Positions 1-9,557 are shown, counted from the stretch's first letter. The stretch is 40,273 nucleotides of DNA from an uncultured Ectothiorhodospiraceae bacterium (GCA_964461215.1 CAYWTP010000003.1:1-40273), one strand, 5' to 3'. Made by a program: numbers and translations. Notes: a model not told the origin generated them from the letters alone.

Positions 1-3000
1 GACAACGGCGCGCCCGCCAACCAGCCGCCGGTGGCCGATGCCGGGGGCCCGTACAGCGGCACGGCCGGCGCGGCGGTTAGCTTCAACGGCTCGGGCTCCA
101 GTGATCCCGACGGCAGCATCGCCAGCTATTCCTGGACCTTCGGCGACGGGAGTACCGGCAGCGGCGTCAGCCCCAGCCATACCTATACGAGCGCCGGCAC
201 CTACACGGTAGGGCTGATGGTGACCGACAACCAGGGGGCGACGGCCAGCGCCAGCACGACGGCCGCCATTCAGGCGCCCGCCAACCAGCCGCCGGTGGCC
301 GATGCCGGGGGCCCGTACACCGGCACGGCCGGCGTGGCGGTCAGCTTCAACGGCTCGGGCTCCAGTGATCCGGACGGCAGCATCGCCAGCTATGCCTGGA
401 CCTTCGGCGACGGCGGTACCGGCAGCGGCGTCAGCCCCAGCCACACCTATGCAGCGGCCGGCACCTACACGGTTGGCCTGACGGTGACCGACAACCAGGG
501 TGCTACCGCCAGTGCCGGCACCACGGCCACTATCAGTGCCAGCGGCGGCGGCGGTACCGCAGGCCCGACCGCGCGGGGTGATGAGTATGCCACCCCGGTA
601 GGCACCACCCTGACGGTCGCCGCCTCGCGGATCTCCGGCGTGCTGTACAACGATTTCGGTGGCAGTGGCGCCCTCACCGCACAGCTCGTCAGTGGCCCGA
701 GCAACGGCACCGTGGCGCTGAACGCCGACGGCTCCTTCACCTACACGCCGAACAGCGGCCTGAGCGACAACGACAACGACAGCTTTACCTACCGGGCACG
801 CGACGGCGCCGGGGACCTGTCGCAGGTCACTACGGTGAACATCCACATCCTGTCCAGGCAGCAGGACTTCAAGATCCTGATGAACTACGAGCTGGGCATG
901 CACTGCACCGGCTTCGAGTTCGCGTACTGCTGCGTGCTGCCGCCCTACAACTCGATTCTGGCGCAGGTGGTCAAGCCCCAGACGACCTCCAGCCCGCGGT
1001 CCAACGCCGATTTCCCGCGCCTGCTCGAGGGTGACCCCACCAACGGCGTGGATGCGCTGGGCCGCGAGACCGTGCTGCGTGATTTCGACGGCAGTGGCAA
1101 CTTCCAGAAGTATTACCTGGAGTACTACCACGACGCGCAGCCGCGCCGAGAAGGTCAGGGCAAGACCCAGACCAGCACCTTGATCAGCGACGTTGAGGGC
1201 AACTCGATGCTCTACAACGGCACCGTGTACGACTCGGCGGCGGTGGACGCCAACGGCAAGTTGATCACCGGCAGCTACAACGGCGCCGACGGCGTGGTGC
1301 TGGGCAACCGCAGCTACGCCGACCCCACCGACAATTATGCCAACGGCTGGTTGAACCACCTGTATATCTACGCCGGTCTGGATGGGGCGAACCCGAACAA
1401 CTCCAGCCTCGAGAAGGACAAGATCCGGCTTGGCGTGACCGGCATGGTGGAGTATCCGAAGAATGTGGGCGCCGCCCTGCAGCCCATGGGGCCGAACGGC
1501 AACGTGAGCGGCTTCGACAACGTGTTGACCTTCTCCGGCGACACCGGCACCGTGGTCTATACGCAGATGAAAGTGCTGGAGAACCTGCCGATCATGCTGA
1601 CCTCGCCGCGGATCTGGGAGGCGCTGGGTCTGCCGCTGACGCCGTTCGAGGACAGCATCGATTTCTTCGCCGATCCGGGATCGGTCGACGAAGAGTCCAT
1701 CCGTCCGTACGTGTCGATGAAGGCGGCCCTGCACGTTGCTAACTGCAACACCAGCACCCACGCCTGCACCAAGGGTGCGGCGGTACTGGGCAGCAACGGC
1801 AAGCCGATCATCGGTTTCGGCACGGCGCCCATCGACATCCCCAACTGCGAGCGTTGCCACGGCGCGCCGGCCATCAACCCGGACACGGGACTGCCGAACC
1901 AGAACAGTCCCAACTACGTGCGCCGCCCCGGCGGTGGCGACCCGGTGATCGATGGCGGGGGGAACACGGTGGACCTGGAGGCCCTGACCGACCTCGAGAT
2001 CAGCTACTGGAAGGCGTACTACGGGCTGACGGCGGCCGACTCGGACTGGTATCCGCGGCTCAAGGGTGCGGCCATCAACATGATGGTGCTGCACGATGCC
2101 GACAACGGTACCAGCTTCACCGCCAACTACCCGGCAACGGGCAGCAATCCGCTGAACCTGCCTCAGAGCAAGCTGGCGATCTTCCAGAACACGCGGCTCG
2201 GCCACGAGAGCGTGATCTGCCAGAAGTGCCACGCCGACAACGTGATTGCGGTGGTCAAGTCGGCGACGCATAACGGCGCGCTGATCCCGCCCATCACCGA
2301 AGCGATCCACTGGACGCACCGCGAGAAGTCCGAGGGCGGCGTCATCACCTTTGCCGATGCCACGGGACGCAGTGGCGGGTGCCAGGGCTGCCATCCGGCG
2401 CATCGTTCCGACGGCGTGATGGACGGCTACCCGATCACCCGGGGCGGCGACAACGTCAATGCCGCCGGCGACAACCGGCTGGCCAGCGGCGGCTGCTTCG
2501 TGGGCCGTGATGTGCACTCGAATCCGATGAAGGACGTGGACGGGGCCGAGACACCGCAGCACCTGAACGCGGTTGGCCAGTGGCTGTCGGCCAACGTGTT
2601 CCGCAACCAAGCGGGACTGGCCGGCAGCGATACGGACGTGCGCGGCCTGTGGTGCACCAACTGCCACACCCAGCTCAGCCAGGAGATCTGGAAGAAGGAG
2701 GACTGCACCGACCTCATCCACGGCGACTGCATCACCAATCCGCGTGGTGATTCCAGCCTGTCGGCGCTGGCCTCGGATCTGGGCATCACGACGCAGCAGG
2801 CCATCAACTGGCTCGATCCCAAGGACCCGGCGGTGCAGCCCGCGGGCGTACCGCAGGTGACGGCGGATCTGACCCACGCGGTGTGGGACGGCAGCATCGC
2901 CGATGCCGATGTGGCCACCATCGAGGTGCGCAACGGGCAGCCTTACGGAACCACGGACGCCGACGGCGACTTCTCGGTGCGGATTCTGGACTTCTGCACC

Positions 3001-3849
3001 ACGCCTGACTGCGTGGCCGCGGCCCAGGCCAAGCTCGACGCCGAAGGCAACGGTGGAACGGCCGTGGCCGTGCCATTCTCTGCGGCCGACGACGGACGCG
3101 ATCACTGGCTGGCGGCCGGCGAACCCCACTGTGCTGACTGCCACGCGGCGCCGTACGTGGAGCAGAGCGGCAACATCAACGCCTTCCCGCCGTTCAACTA
3201 TCCGCGCAAGGCCAGTCTGATGCGCTACTCGCGCGGTCATCAGGACATCAGCTGCCAGGGCTGCCACGAGTCCATCCACGGCCTGTATCCGGTGACGCCG
3301 ACCATCGACGCCACCAGCTACGCCCAGGCCGCGTCGTTGAACTACGACGGCTCGCACGGCCCGCTGAAGTGCGGTACCTGTCACCCGGTCGGCAGCAACG
3401 GGATCCCGACCTGGATCCGCACCAGCGGGGCGATCGGTCGCCAGATCAACGGAAGCTTCGACAGTGCCGTGGGCTGGGCGCACACCTTCACGGACGAAGC
3501 CAGCGTGCTGGATGGTGCCTGCCAGAACTGCCACGGGGTGCAGGGCAGCAACTGGTCGGAGATCAAGAGCACCAATCCCGATGGCGAGTGGCTGCGGCAT
3601 GCCATGGACGGACGGGCCTCGCGTCAGCTCATGGATAAGGCGCAGATCGAAGCCACGGGCCATGTGTACGGTGATCCAGCGGTTCAGGATCCGCGTACCA
3701 CGCTCTGCCGGGGCTGCCATGGGGACGAGTGGAACAACGTCTCCTGCGGCAACAGCGAGTGGCGCCAGCACCTGAGCCAGGGCCGTGTCTCGGAGATCGT
3801 CTGGGAGTACGTGTCCAAGCAGCGCACCGGCGGCACATGCGGCTGGTAA
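1..3849 (+). CDS. Secreted/surface multidomain c-type cytochrome, 5'-partial: PKD repeats, an Ig/cadherin-like domain, and a large domain with nine CXXCH haem-binding motifs
   Basis: The frame is open from base 1. The first codons (DNGAPANQPP) repeat the inter-PKD linker (IQAPANQPP) seen 88 aa later, so the gene starts upstream of the window. There are two ~88-aa PKD-type repeats (GGPY.GTAG..VSFNGSGSSDPDGSIASY.WTFGDG.TGSGVSPSHTY..AGTYTVGL.VTDNQGATASA) and an Ig/cadherin-like module (DNDNDSFTYRARDGAGDLSQVTTVNIHI). About 960 aa follow, containing CERCH (1846-1860), CQKCH, CQGCH, CTNCH, CADCH, CQGCH, CGTCH, CQNCH and CRGCH (3706-3720). The stop is TAA at 3847-3849, followed by hairpins. Confidence 0.8.
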   Translation, partial: DNGAPANQPPVADAGGPYSGTAGAAVSFNGSGSSDPDGSIASYSWTFGDGSTGSGVSPSHTYTSAGTYTVGLMVTDNQGATASASTTAAIQAPANQPPVADAGGPYTGTAGVAVSFNGSGSSDPDGSIASYAWTFGDGGTGSGVSPSHTYAAAGTYTVGLTVTDNQGATASAGTTATISASGGGGTAGPTARGDEYATPVGTTLTVAASRISGVLYNDFGGSGALTAQLVSGPSNGTVALNADGSFTYTPNSGLSDNDNDSFTYRARDGAGDLSQVTTVNIHILSRQQDFKILMNYELGMHCTGFEFAYCCVLPPYNSILAQVVKPQTTSSPRSNADFPRLLEGDPTNGVDALGRETVLRDFDGSGNFQKYYLEYYHDAQPRREGQGKTQTSTLISDVEGNSMLYNGTVYDSAAVDANGKLITGSYNGADGVVLGNRSYADPTDNYANGWLNHLYIYAGLDGANPNNSSLEKDKIRLGVTGMVEYPKNVGAALQPMGPNGNVSGFDNVLTFSGDTGTVVYTQMKVLENLPIMLTSPRIWEALGLPLTPFEDSIDFFADPGSVDEESIRPYVSMKAALHVANCNTSTHACTKGAAVLGSNGKPIIGFGTAPIDIPNCERCHGAPAINPDTGLPNQNSPNYVRRPGGGDPVIDGGGNTVDLEALTDLEISYWKAYYGLTAADSDWYPRLKGAAINMMVLHDADNGTSFTANYPATGSNPLNLPQSKLAIFQNTRLGHESVICQKCHADNVIAVVKSATHNGALIPPITEAIHWTHREKSEGGVITFADATGRSGGCQGCHPAHRSDGVMDGYPITRGGDNVNAAGDNRLASGGCFVGRDVHSNPMKDVDGAETPQHLNAVGQWLSANVFRNQAGLAGSDTDVRGLWCTNCHTQLSQEIWKKEDCTDLIHGDCITNPRGDSSLSALASDLGITTQQAINWLDPKDPAVQPAGVPQVTADLTHAVWDGSIADADVATIEVRNGQPYGTTDADGDFSVRILDFCTTPDCVAAAQAKLDAEGNGGTAVAVPFSAADDGRDHWLAAGEPHCADCHAAPYVEQSGNINAFPPFNYPRKASLMRYSRGHQDISCQGCHESIHGLYPVTPTIDATSYAQAASLNYDGSHGPLKCGTCHPVGSNGIPTWIRTSGAIGRQINGSFDSAVGWAHTFTDEASVLDGACQNCHGVQGSNWSEIKSTNPDGEWLRHAMDGRASRQLMDKAQIEATGHVYGDPAVQDPRTTLCRGCHGDEWNNVSCGNSEWRQHLSQGRVSEIVWEYVSKQRTGGTCGW
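10..537 (+). repeat. In-frame tandem DNA repeat, two units of 264 bp (88 codons), encoding the PKD modules
   Basis: gcgcccgccaaccagccgccggtggccgatgccggggg... at 10 recurs at 274. The two units match along their whole length with only scattered substitutions. The linker sequence at bases 1-30 implies at least one more unit upstream of the window. Confidence 0.85.
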
Positions 3850-3861
3850 GCTGGCCTGGTT

Positions 3862-3885
3862 CCGCCCGGACTCCGGTCCGGGCGG
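3862..3885 (+). terminator. GC-rich hairpin immediately after the cytochrome stop, without a U-tract
   Basis: ccgcccggac-tccg-gtccgggcgg: a 10-bp perfect stem with a 4-nt loop, followed by gttctgtc. Confidence 0.35.
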
Positions 3886-3898
3886 GTTCTGTCTACGG

Positions 3899-3929
3899 AT
3901 GGAGGGGAACCGCGTTCCCCTCCATTTTT
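3899..3929 (+). terminator. Rho-independent terminator downstream of the cytochrome gene
   Basis: atggaggggaac-cgc-gttcccctccat: a 12-bp perfect stem with a 3-nt loop, followed directly by a T-run (ccatttttc). Confidence 0.75.
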
Positions 3930-4029
3930 CCCATCCCGAGCTTCCCGTCGTTTACGGCTCCACTTTCAATTCGGGTGGCCGGCGTTTGCCCGCGATTCTC
4001 AGGCGTTCCCGCGATAGAGGTAGCGAATC

Positions 4030-5493
4030 ATGCGTTCAACTTCCACGGCATTGGCCGTCTTCTCTGCCTTTCTCATTCCCGCAATCCTCGCCCCGGTCCT
4101 GGCGGCGGAGCCTGGCGATGTGATCGCCCGGGTGGGCGACCAGACCATCACCTTCAGCGAGATCAACACCATGCTCAACAGCTCGGCGGTGGTCGGGCTG
4201 TCGATTCCGGCGTTGGGTACACCCGAGCGCGACACCGTGCGCATTACCCTGCTCGACAAGTTCATCAGCGCCAACCTGCTGTACCTGGATGCGCGCAAGC
4301 ACGGCTTGGAGAAGGATCCGGAATACCGGCGTGACCTGCGCCGCTTTGCCGACGGCGTGCTGGCGGGGCTGTACACCCGGCACCATGAGGAGGCGGACGT
4401 GCGTGTGAGCAACGACGAGATTGAGGCTTTCTACAAGAAGAACATCAAGCCCGGGAGCGAGCTGACCGATCAGGTCCGCACCGTCATCGAGGCGACCCTG
4501 CGCAGAGACAAGCTCAAGCAGGCGCGGAGCCGCTTGCAAGCGGGCTTGCGCAAGGGGGTAAAGATAATTGTCTATGACAAGGCCATCGACCCGGCAGGGG
4601 ACAAGGTGCGCGCCGACGCCGAGCCGGTGGCCCGGGTAGGCGACGAAACGCTTACCTGGGGCGACGTGAAGGCCCAGCTCATCGCGGCGGGCAAGGGCGC
4701 GATCCGGGCCGACCCATTGGCCATGGAGAGCGAGGCCCGCAGGACCGCGCTTGAGCGCGCGATCGATGCGCGCATCCTGGCGGCGAAAGCCCGTGCCGAA
4801 GGTTTGGAGCGGGATCCGGTGTACCGGGCGCGCTACGACGAGTACCGCAAGACGTCCTTGATCAACCTCTACCGGGAGCGGCTGGTCGAGCGCATGCAGC
4901 CCAGCCAGGCGGAGCTGGCGGCCTACTATGACAAGAACCGGGACCGGATCATGGAGCCCGAAGCGCGCAAGGTGCAGATCGTGGTGCTTAAGACGCGCGA
5001 AGAGGCTGAGCGGATCAAGGCGGACATCGAAGCGGGCAAGCTGACCATGTACCAGGCTGCGCAGGGCAATTCCATCGCGTCCAAGGCCAAGGAGGACCTC
5101 GGTGAGATCGGCTGGGTGAACAAGGGTACGTCGCTGCCCGCAGTGGACGCTGTGATCTTCGCGGCCAAGCCGGGTCGGGTCGCGGGTCCGGTGCAGGCCC
5201 CGAAAGGCTGGGACCTGGTGAGCGTGCTCGACGTACGCGGGGCACAGTACACCGATCTGAAGGACGAGAAGACCCGCCAGCTTACCCGCAGGCGGCTGGT
5301 GCACGACAAGCTGAATCGCTACACCACGGAGCTGCGCGAGAAGCAGTTCCCGGTGACGGTGTACCAGGACGTGCTGGTGCGCCTGGCGCAGCAGGAAGCG
5401 AACATGGTCAAGTCGCTGGCCGCCAAGGGAGAAGCGCCGGACTCGGTGACGCACAAGCGCATCCAGGAGATGCAGAAGCTGCTCGGGCATTGA
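4030..5493 (+). CDS. Periplasmic peptidyl-prolyl cis-trans isomerase, SurA/PpiD-like with a parvulin (PpiC-type) rotamase domain
   Basis: A signal peptide is present (MRSTSTALAVFSAFLIPAILAPVLAAEP), followed by a SurA-N-like helical chaperone region. The parvulin module is ARKVQIVVLKTREEAERIKADIEAGK...LGEIGWVNKGTSLPAVDAVIFAAKPGRVAGPVQAPKGWDLVSV. AGAGG lies 9 nt upstream of the ATG. Confidence 0.8.
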   Translation: MRSTSTALAVFSAFLIPAILAPVLAAEPGDVIARVGDQTITFSEINTMLNSSAVVGLSIPALGTPERDTVRITLLDKFISANLLYLDARKHGLEKDPEYRRDLRRFADGVLAGLYTRHHEEADVRVSNDEIEAFYKKNIKPGSELTDQVRTVIEATLRRDKLKQARSRLQAGLRKGVKIIVYDKAIDPAGDKVRADAEPVARVGDETLTWGDVKAQLIAAGKGAIRADPLAMESEARRTALERAIDARILAAKARAEGLERDPVYRARYDEYRKTSLINLYRERLVERMQPSQAELAAYYDKNRDRIMEPEARKVQIVVLKTREEAERIKADIEAGKLTMYQAAQGNSIASKAKEDLGEIGWVNKGTSLPAVDAVIFAAKPGRVAGPVQAPKGWDLVSVLDVRGAQYTDLKDEKTRQLTRRRLVHDKLNRYTTELREKQFPVTVYQDVLVRLAQQEANMVKSLAAKGEAPDSVTHKRIQEMQKLLGH

Positions 5494-5535
5494 GCAGCGA
5501 GTGACAACCGGCTCTTTCTCCTCCGGCAATCGGAG

Positions 5536-5568
5536 ACCCATGCCCCTTGCGGGCATGGGTATTTTCTT
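5536..5568 (+). terminator. Rho-independent terminator after the PPIase gene, in the convergent gap with the Pat-like gene
   Basis: acccatgccc-cttgc-gggcatgggt: a 10-bp stem with a 5-nt loop, followed by attttcttg. Confidence 0.7.
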
Positions 5569-5570
5569 GC

Positions 5571-8273
5571 TTAAAGCACCCGCGTGGCGATCTTGATCCC
5601 CTGGTCCTGCTCGCTGGTGTGGACCGAGAAGCCCAGGTTGTCGACGAGCGACAGCATGCGGACATTGTTGGCGAGGATCTCGCCCTCCATGGTGGTGAGG
5701 CCGCGGGCCCGAGCCGCATCCATCAGGCCGCTCATGAGGCGCGAGCCGATGCCCTTGTTGCGCCAGTCGTCGGCTACGACCAGGGCGAACTCGCAGCTTC
5801 CACCGTCGGGGTTCATGGCGTAGCGGGCGACGCCCACCTCCAGCTCGGCGCCATTAACGCGGACCACGGCGATGAGCGCCATCTCCCTGTCGTAGTCGAT
5901 CTGGGTCAGGCGCACCAGCATGGTGGGCGTGAGTTCCTGCAGGGTCTGCATGAAGCGGAAGTATTTCGACTCCGCCGACAGCCCGCGGACGAAGGCCTGC
6001 TCAATCTGGGCGTCCTCAGGCCGGATCGGGCGGATCACGAGGTCGGTGCCGTCGGGGAGCTGGAAGTGGTACACCAGGTGCGTGGGATACGGATAGATCG
6101 CCATGTGCGAGTAGCGGTGGCGCGACGGGGTCTCGAAGTCCACCACCATGCGGGCGTCCACGGCGACTACCGCGGCGTCGTCGGCAATCAGCGGATTGAT
6201 GTCCATTTCCCGGATCTGCGGCAGCTCACAGACCATCTCCGAAACCCGTAGCAGAACGTCCTCCAGCGCCTTGGCGTTGACCGCCGGCATGTTGCGGAAT
6301 CTGCCCAGCAGCCGGGCGATGCGGGTGCGTGAGACGAGCCGGTCGACGATGAACCGGTTCAAGGGCGGCAGGGCCACCGCCCGATCGTGAATCACCTCCA
6401 CCGTGGTGCCTCCGGCTCCGAAGCTGATGACGGGGCCGAAGGCGGTGTCGCGCAGCACGCCCACCATCAGCTCCCGGCCGTTGGGGGCCTGGACCATGCG
6501 CTCCACGGTCACCCGCTCGATGCCGGCCTCGGGATACTGGCGGGCGGCTTCGGCCACCAGATCGTTGTAGGTGCTGCGCACGGCCTGGGCACTGCGGATA
6601 TTCAAGCGTACGCCACCCATGTCGGACTTGTGGCTGACCTTCGAGGAGCTGATCTTCATGGCCACGGGGAAGCCCATGGCTTCCGCCGCGACCAGGGCTT
6701 CGTTGGCCGAGTGTACCTCCACGGTCTGCACCACCGGGACATGGAACGCGGTGAGCACCGCCTTGGCCTCCATGGTGGTCAGGGTTTTGCGCCCGTCGGC
6801 CAGCACGCCCTCGATAATGAGCTGGGCGCCTTCCACGTCCGGCTCGCTGTGATAGGAAAGCGGTCCCGGAACCTGCATGAGCATTTCTTGGTTGCGGTCA
6901 TAAGCCGTGAGATAGCCGAAGGCTTCCACCGAGGCTTCCGGCGTGTGGAAGCAGGGCAGCTTGGCGGCGGTGAAGATGGACCAGGCCTCCTCCACTTGGT
7001 GCTGCCCCATCCAGCACCCTAGGACGGGCTTGGCGCAGGCGGAGGCAATCTCCACCACCGCGTTGGCGGTCCCGGTCGGATCGCTCATGGCCTGGGGAGT
7101 GAGCATGGCGAGCACCCCGTCTACCGCCTCGTCGGCCAGGCACGCGGCCACCGCGTTCCGGTAGCGCTCGGCCGTGGCGTCGCCGAGGATATCCACCGGA
7201 TTGCCGTGGGACCAGTGCTCGGGCAAGGTCCGATTCAGGCTTTCCAGGGTGCCGGGTGACAGCTCGGGGACCCGCAGTCCCGCCTCCACCGCCCTGTCGG
7301 TGGCCATGACGCCCGGACCGCCGGCGTTGGTGACGATCGCCAGGCTGTCACCTCCCACCCGGCAGCCAGTGGACAGGATCTGGGCCGCGGCGAACAAGCC
7401 CTCGATGGTCAGCGCGCGGACGGCACCGGCCCGCTCCAGGGCGGCGTCGAACACGTCGTCGGCCCCCACCAGGGCCCCCGTGTGGGACATGGCGGCCCGC
7501 GTGCCGGCGGCATGCCGGCCGGCCTTGACGACGATCACGGGCTTCATGCGGGCCGCAGCGCGCAGGGCGCTGATGAAGCGGCGACTGTTCTGGATCCCCT
7601 CCACGTAGAGCAGAATGCTCTTGGTCGTCGGATCCACGGCCAGGTAGTCCAGCACATCGCCGAAGTTCACGTCGGCCGCGTCCCCCAGGGACACCACAGT
7701 GGAGAAGCCGACGTGGTTGGGCTCCGCCCAGTCCAGAATCGCCGCGCAGATCGCTCCCGACTGGGACAGCAGCGCCAGATCGCCGGGCAGGGCTTTGGCG
7801 CGGCAGAAGGTGGCGTTCAGGTGCAGCCGCGGGCGCATGATGCCCAGGCAGTTCGGGCCCAGAATGCGCATGCCGTAGCGCCGGGCGTTCTTCAGTACCA
7901 CCTGCTGAAGCTGGCGCCCCTTCTCACCCGCCTCGCCGAACCCCGCCGACAGCACCATGGCAGCACGCACCCCCTGCTCGCCGCATTGGACGACGATCTC
8001 GGGTACGGTGGCTGCCGGGGTGGTGATGACGGCCAGATCCACCGAGCCCTCGATCTCTTTGATGGTGGGATAGCTGGTCCTGCCTTGCACCTGCGGGTAT
8101 TTGGGATTGATCGCATAGAGCTCGCCGGCAAAGCCGCCCTCGATGAGATTGGCGAACACCCGCATGCCGACCGACTCGGTCCGGTCGGTGGCCCCGAACA
8201 CGGCAATGGTGTGGGGAGTGAACAGGCGATCCAGATAGTGCGGACCCATGAGAACGGTTCTCCGTTGCGACAC
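5571..8273 (-). CDS. Pat/PatZ(YfiQ)-like bifunctional acetate--CoA ligase (ADP-forming) family / GNAT N-acetyltransferase, paralog 1, 900 aa
   Basis: The N-terminus resembles a CoA-binding succinyl-CoA-synthetase alpha subunit (IAVFGATDR, GPNCLGI, AMSHTGALVG). An ATP-grasp section follows. The C-terminal GNAT domain carries the acetyl-CoA loop WRNKGIGSRL. Confidence 0.85.
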   Translation of the reverse strand: MSQRRTVLMGPHYLDRLFTPHTIAVFGATDRTESVGMRVFANLIEGGFAGELYAINPKYPQVQGRTSYPTIKEIEGSVDLAVITTPAATVPEIVVQCGEQGVRAAMVLSAGFGEAGEKGRQLQQVVLKNARRYGMRILGPNCLGIMRPRLHLNATFCRAKALPGDLALLSQSGAICAAILDWAEPNHVGFSTVVSLGDAADVNFGDVLDYLAVDPTTKSILLYVEGIQNSRRFISALRAAARMKPVIVVKAGRHAAGTRAAMSHTGALVGADDVFDAALERAGAVRALTIEGLFAAAQILSTGCRVGGDSLAIVTNAGGPGVMATDRAVEAGLRVPELSPGTLESLNRTLPEHWSHGNPVDILGDATAERYRNAVAACLADEAVDGVLAMLTPQAMSDPTGTANAVVEIASACAKPVLGCWMGQHQVEEAWSIFTAAKLPCFHTPEASVEAFGYLTAYDRNQEMLMQVPGPLSYHSEPDVEGAQLIIEGVLADGRKTLTTMEAKAVLTAFHVPVVQTVEVHSANEALVAAEAMGFPVAMKISSSKVSHKSDMGGVRLNIRSAQAVRSTYNDLVAEAARQYPEAGIERVTVERMVQAPNGRELMVGVLRDTAFGPVISFGAGGTTVEVIHDRAVALPPLNRFIVDRLVSRTRIARLLGRFRNMPAVNAKALEDVLLRVSEMVCELPQIREMDINPLIADDAAVVAVDARMVVDFETPSRHRYSHMAIYPYPTHLVYHFQLPDGTDLVIRPIRPEDAQIEQAFVRGLSAESKYFRFMQTLQELTPTMLVRLTQIDYDREMALIAVVRVNGAELEVGVARYAMNPDGGSCEFALVVADDWRNKGIGSRLMSGLMDAARARGLTTMEGEILANNVRMLSLVDNLGFSVHTSEQDQGIKIATRVL

Positions 8274-8322
8274 CCAGCGGGCATGGCTGAGCTAAGATTA
8301 CTGCGAATAGGGGAGCCAGATC

Positions 8323-9258
8323 ATGACCGTTGCCCTCATTTCCCACCGTGACTGCCGTCTCCACGAAACCGGTGCCGATCAGCCCGAGCGTCCGGAACGC
8401 CTGTCAGCCGTGGAGGACGCTCTGGTGGTCTCTGGGCTCGACCTGGTCGTGCGCCACTACGAGGCGCCGGCCGCCAGCCGCGAGCAGCTCTGCTGGGTGC
8501 ACGACGCGGCTTACGTGAACGACATCTTTGCCCGCGCCCCCAGGGAGGGTCTGGTCTGGCTTGCGGCCGACACCGCCATGAACCCCCACACTCTACAGGC
8601 GGCCCTGCATGCCGCCGGTGCCGTGCTGCTGGGCGTGGACCTGGTCATGGAAGGCAAGGCCGGCGTGGTCTTCTGCAACGTGCGTCCCCCGGGCCACCAT
8701 GCCGAGCGGGCGCGCACGTCGGGCTTCTGCATCTTCAACAACGTAGCCGTTGGCGCGGCCCATGCCTTGCGGGTCCATGGTCTGGAGCGCGTTGCCATCG
8801 TGGACTTCGACGTGCACCACGGCAATGGCACCGAGGATATTTTCCGCGATGATCCGCGCATCCTGTTCTGTTCCACCTACCAGGAGCCGTACCTGCACGG
8901 GGACGATGCGCCCCGCAGCATTCCCGGCCATATCATCAATGTGCCGCTCGGGCCCGGCAGCGACGGCCGCGTCTTCCGCGAGGCCGTCGAGGCACACTGG
9001 CTGGAGGCGCTTGCCCGCTTCAGTCCGCAGCTGCTCTTGATCTCGGCCGGATTCGACGCCCACCTGATGGATCAGATTTCGCACCTCCGGCTGAGGGAGC
9101 GCGACTATGCCTGGCTCACCGAGCACCTCAAGCAGATCGCCGACGCCCACGCCGGCGGACGCATCGTCTCTGTGCTGGAGGGTGGCTACAGCCTGCCAGC
9201 CCTGGGCCGAAGCGTGGCGGCGCACATGGATGCCTTGCTGGGGAACCACTTTGTATAG
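8323..9258 (+). CDS. Histone deacetylase (HDAC/AcuC/Aph) family Zn-dependent deacetylase
   Basis: Active-site motifs PPGHHAE, DFDVHHGNGT, SAGFDAH and EGGY are present. It is divergent from Pat-like paralog 1 with a 49-bp gap. AGGGGAG lies upstream of the ATG. Confidence 0.85.
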   Translation: MTVALISHRDCRLHETGADQPERPERLSAVEDALVVSGLDLVVRHYEAPAASREQLCWVHDAAYVNDIFARAPREGLVWLAADTAMNPHTLQAALHAAGAVLLGVDLVMEGKAGVVFCNVRPPGHHAERARTSGFCIFNNVAVGAAHALRVHGLERVAIVDFDVHHGNGTEDIFRDDPRILFCSTYQEPYLHGDDAPRSIPGHIINVPLGPGSDGRVFREAVEAHWLEALARFSPQLLLISAGFDAHLMDQISHLRLRERDYAWLTEHLKQIADAHAGGRIVSVLEGGYSLPALGRSVAAHMDALLGNHFV

Positions 9259-9281
9259 GCTGTGGGCTGCGGACTGTAGGC
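9258..9281. repeat. REP-like motifs GGCTGTGGGC and GACTGTAGGC directly after the HDAC stop
   Basis: ggctgtgggc is at 9258-9267 and gactgtaggc at 9272-9281. The same decamer follows the acuI stop at 19092-19101, and the complement gcctacagcc occurs at 9654-9663 and 19230-19239. Confidence 0.55.
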
Positions 9282-9402
9282 TTAGGGTTGAGAAAGCGGG
9301 AGGCGCGAGGCGGGCTCGGCCTGGCGTACCGTAGGCCCGCGCCGGGTCCCCGATGCTTTGGGCTTTGGCCGTCGACCGTAGGCCCTTCACGGTAGGGCCG
9401 GC

Positions 9403-9557
9403 TCATACGTAGGATCTTTAGGCCGTGCCGTCCATGTGAGGCCCGCAGGACGCGCCGTGAACACGTCCGTGTGGGCTCGGTCGCAGCATCCCTGCTGCTC
9501 ACGGTCCTGCAAACCTCACATGGACACCGCGTACTTGGCTTAAGAACTAACCTATGA
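9403..9557 (+). mobile_element. MITE-like 155-bp imperfect-palindrome element, copy 1
   Basis: It is 154/155 identical to 28553-28707; the only difference is g9452 versus a28602. The ends are imperfect terminal inverted repeats (tcatacgtaggatctttaggcc versus the reverse complement of the other end, tcataggttagttcttaagcc). An inner 22-nt inverted repeat pairs 9430-9451 with 9504-9525 (19/22), and there is a central gcagca-tccc-tgctgc hairpin. The element is flanked by the 8-bp direct repeat GGGCCGGC at 9395-9402 and 9558-9565. Confidence 0.8.

Noticed and set aside
3850..5493. A cytochrome-PPIase operon by analogy with Wolinella mccA-mccB
   Set aside because: Two hairpins, including a strong intrinsic terminator (3899-3929), lie between the genes. 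Co-transcription is therefore not supported, and only adjacency remains (noted in the cytochrome finding).
4036..5556. A 506-aa ORF on the minus strand exactly opposite the PPIase gene
   Set aside because: It is a shadow ORF typical of high-GC DNA, where antisense frames lack stops. The sequence is low-complexity and rich in Arg, Leu, His and Gly, with no recognisable motifs. The plus-strand product has a clear signal peptide and parvulin domain.
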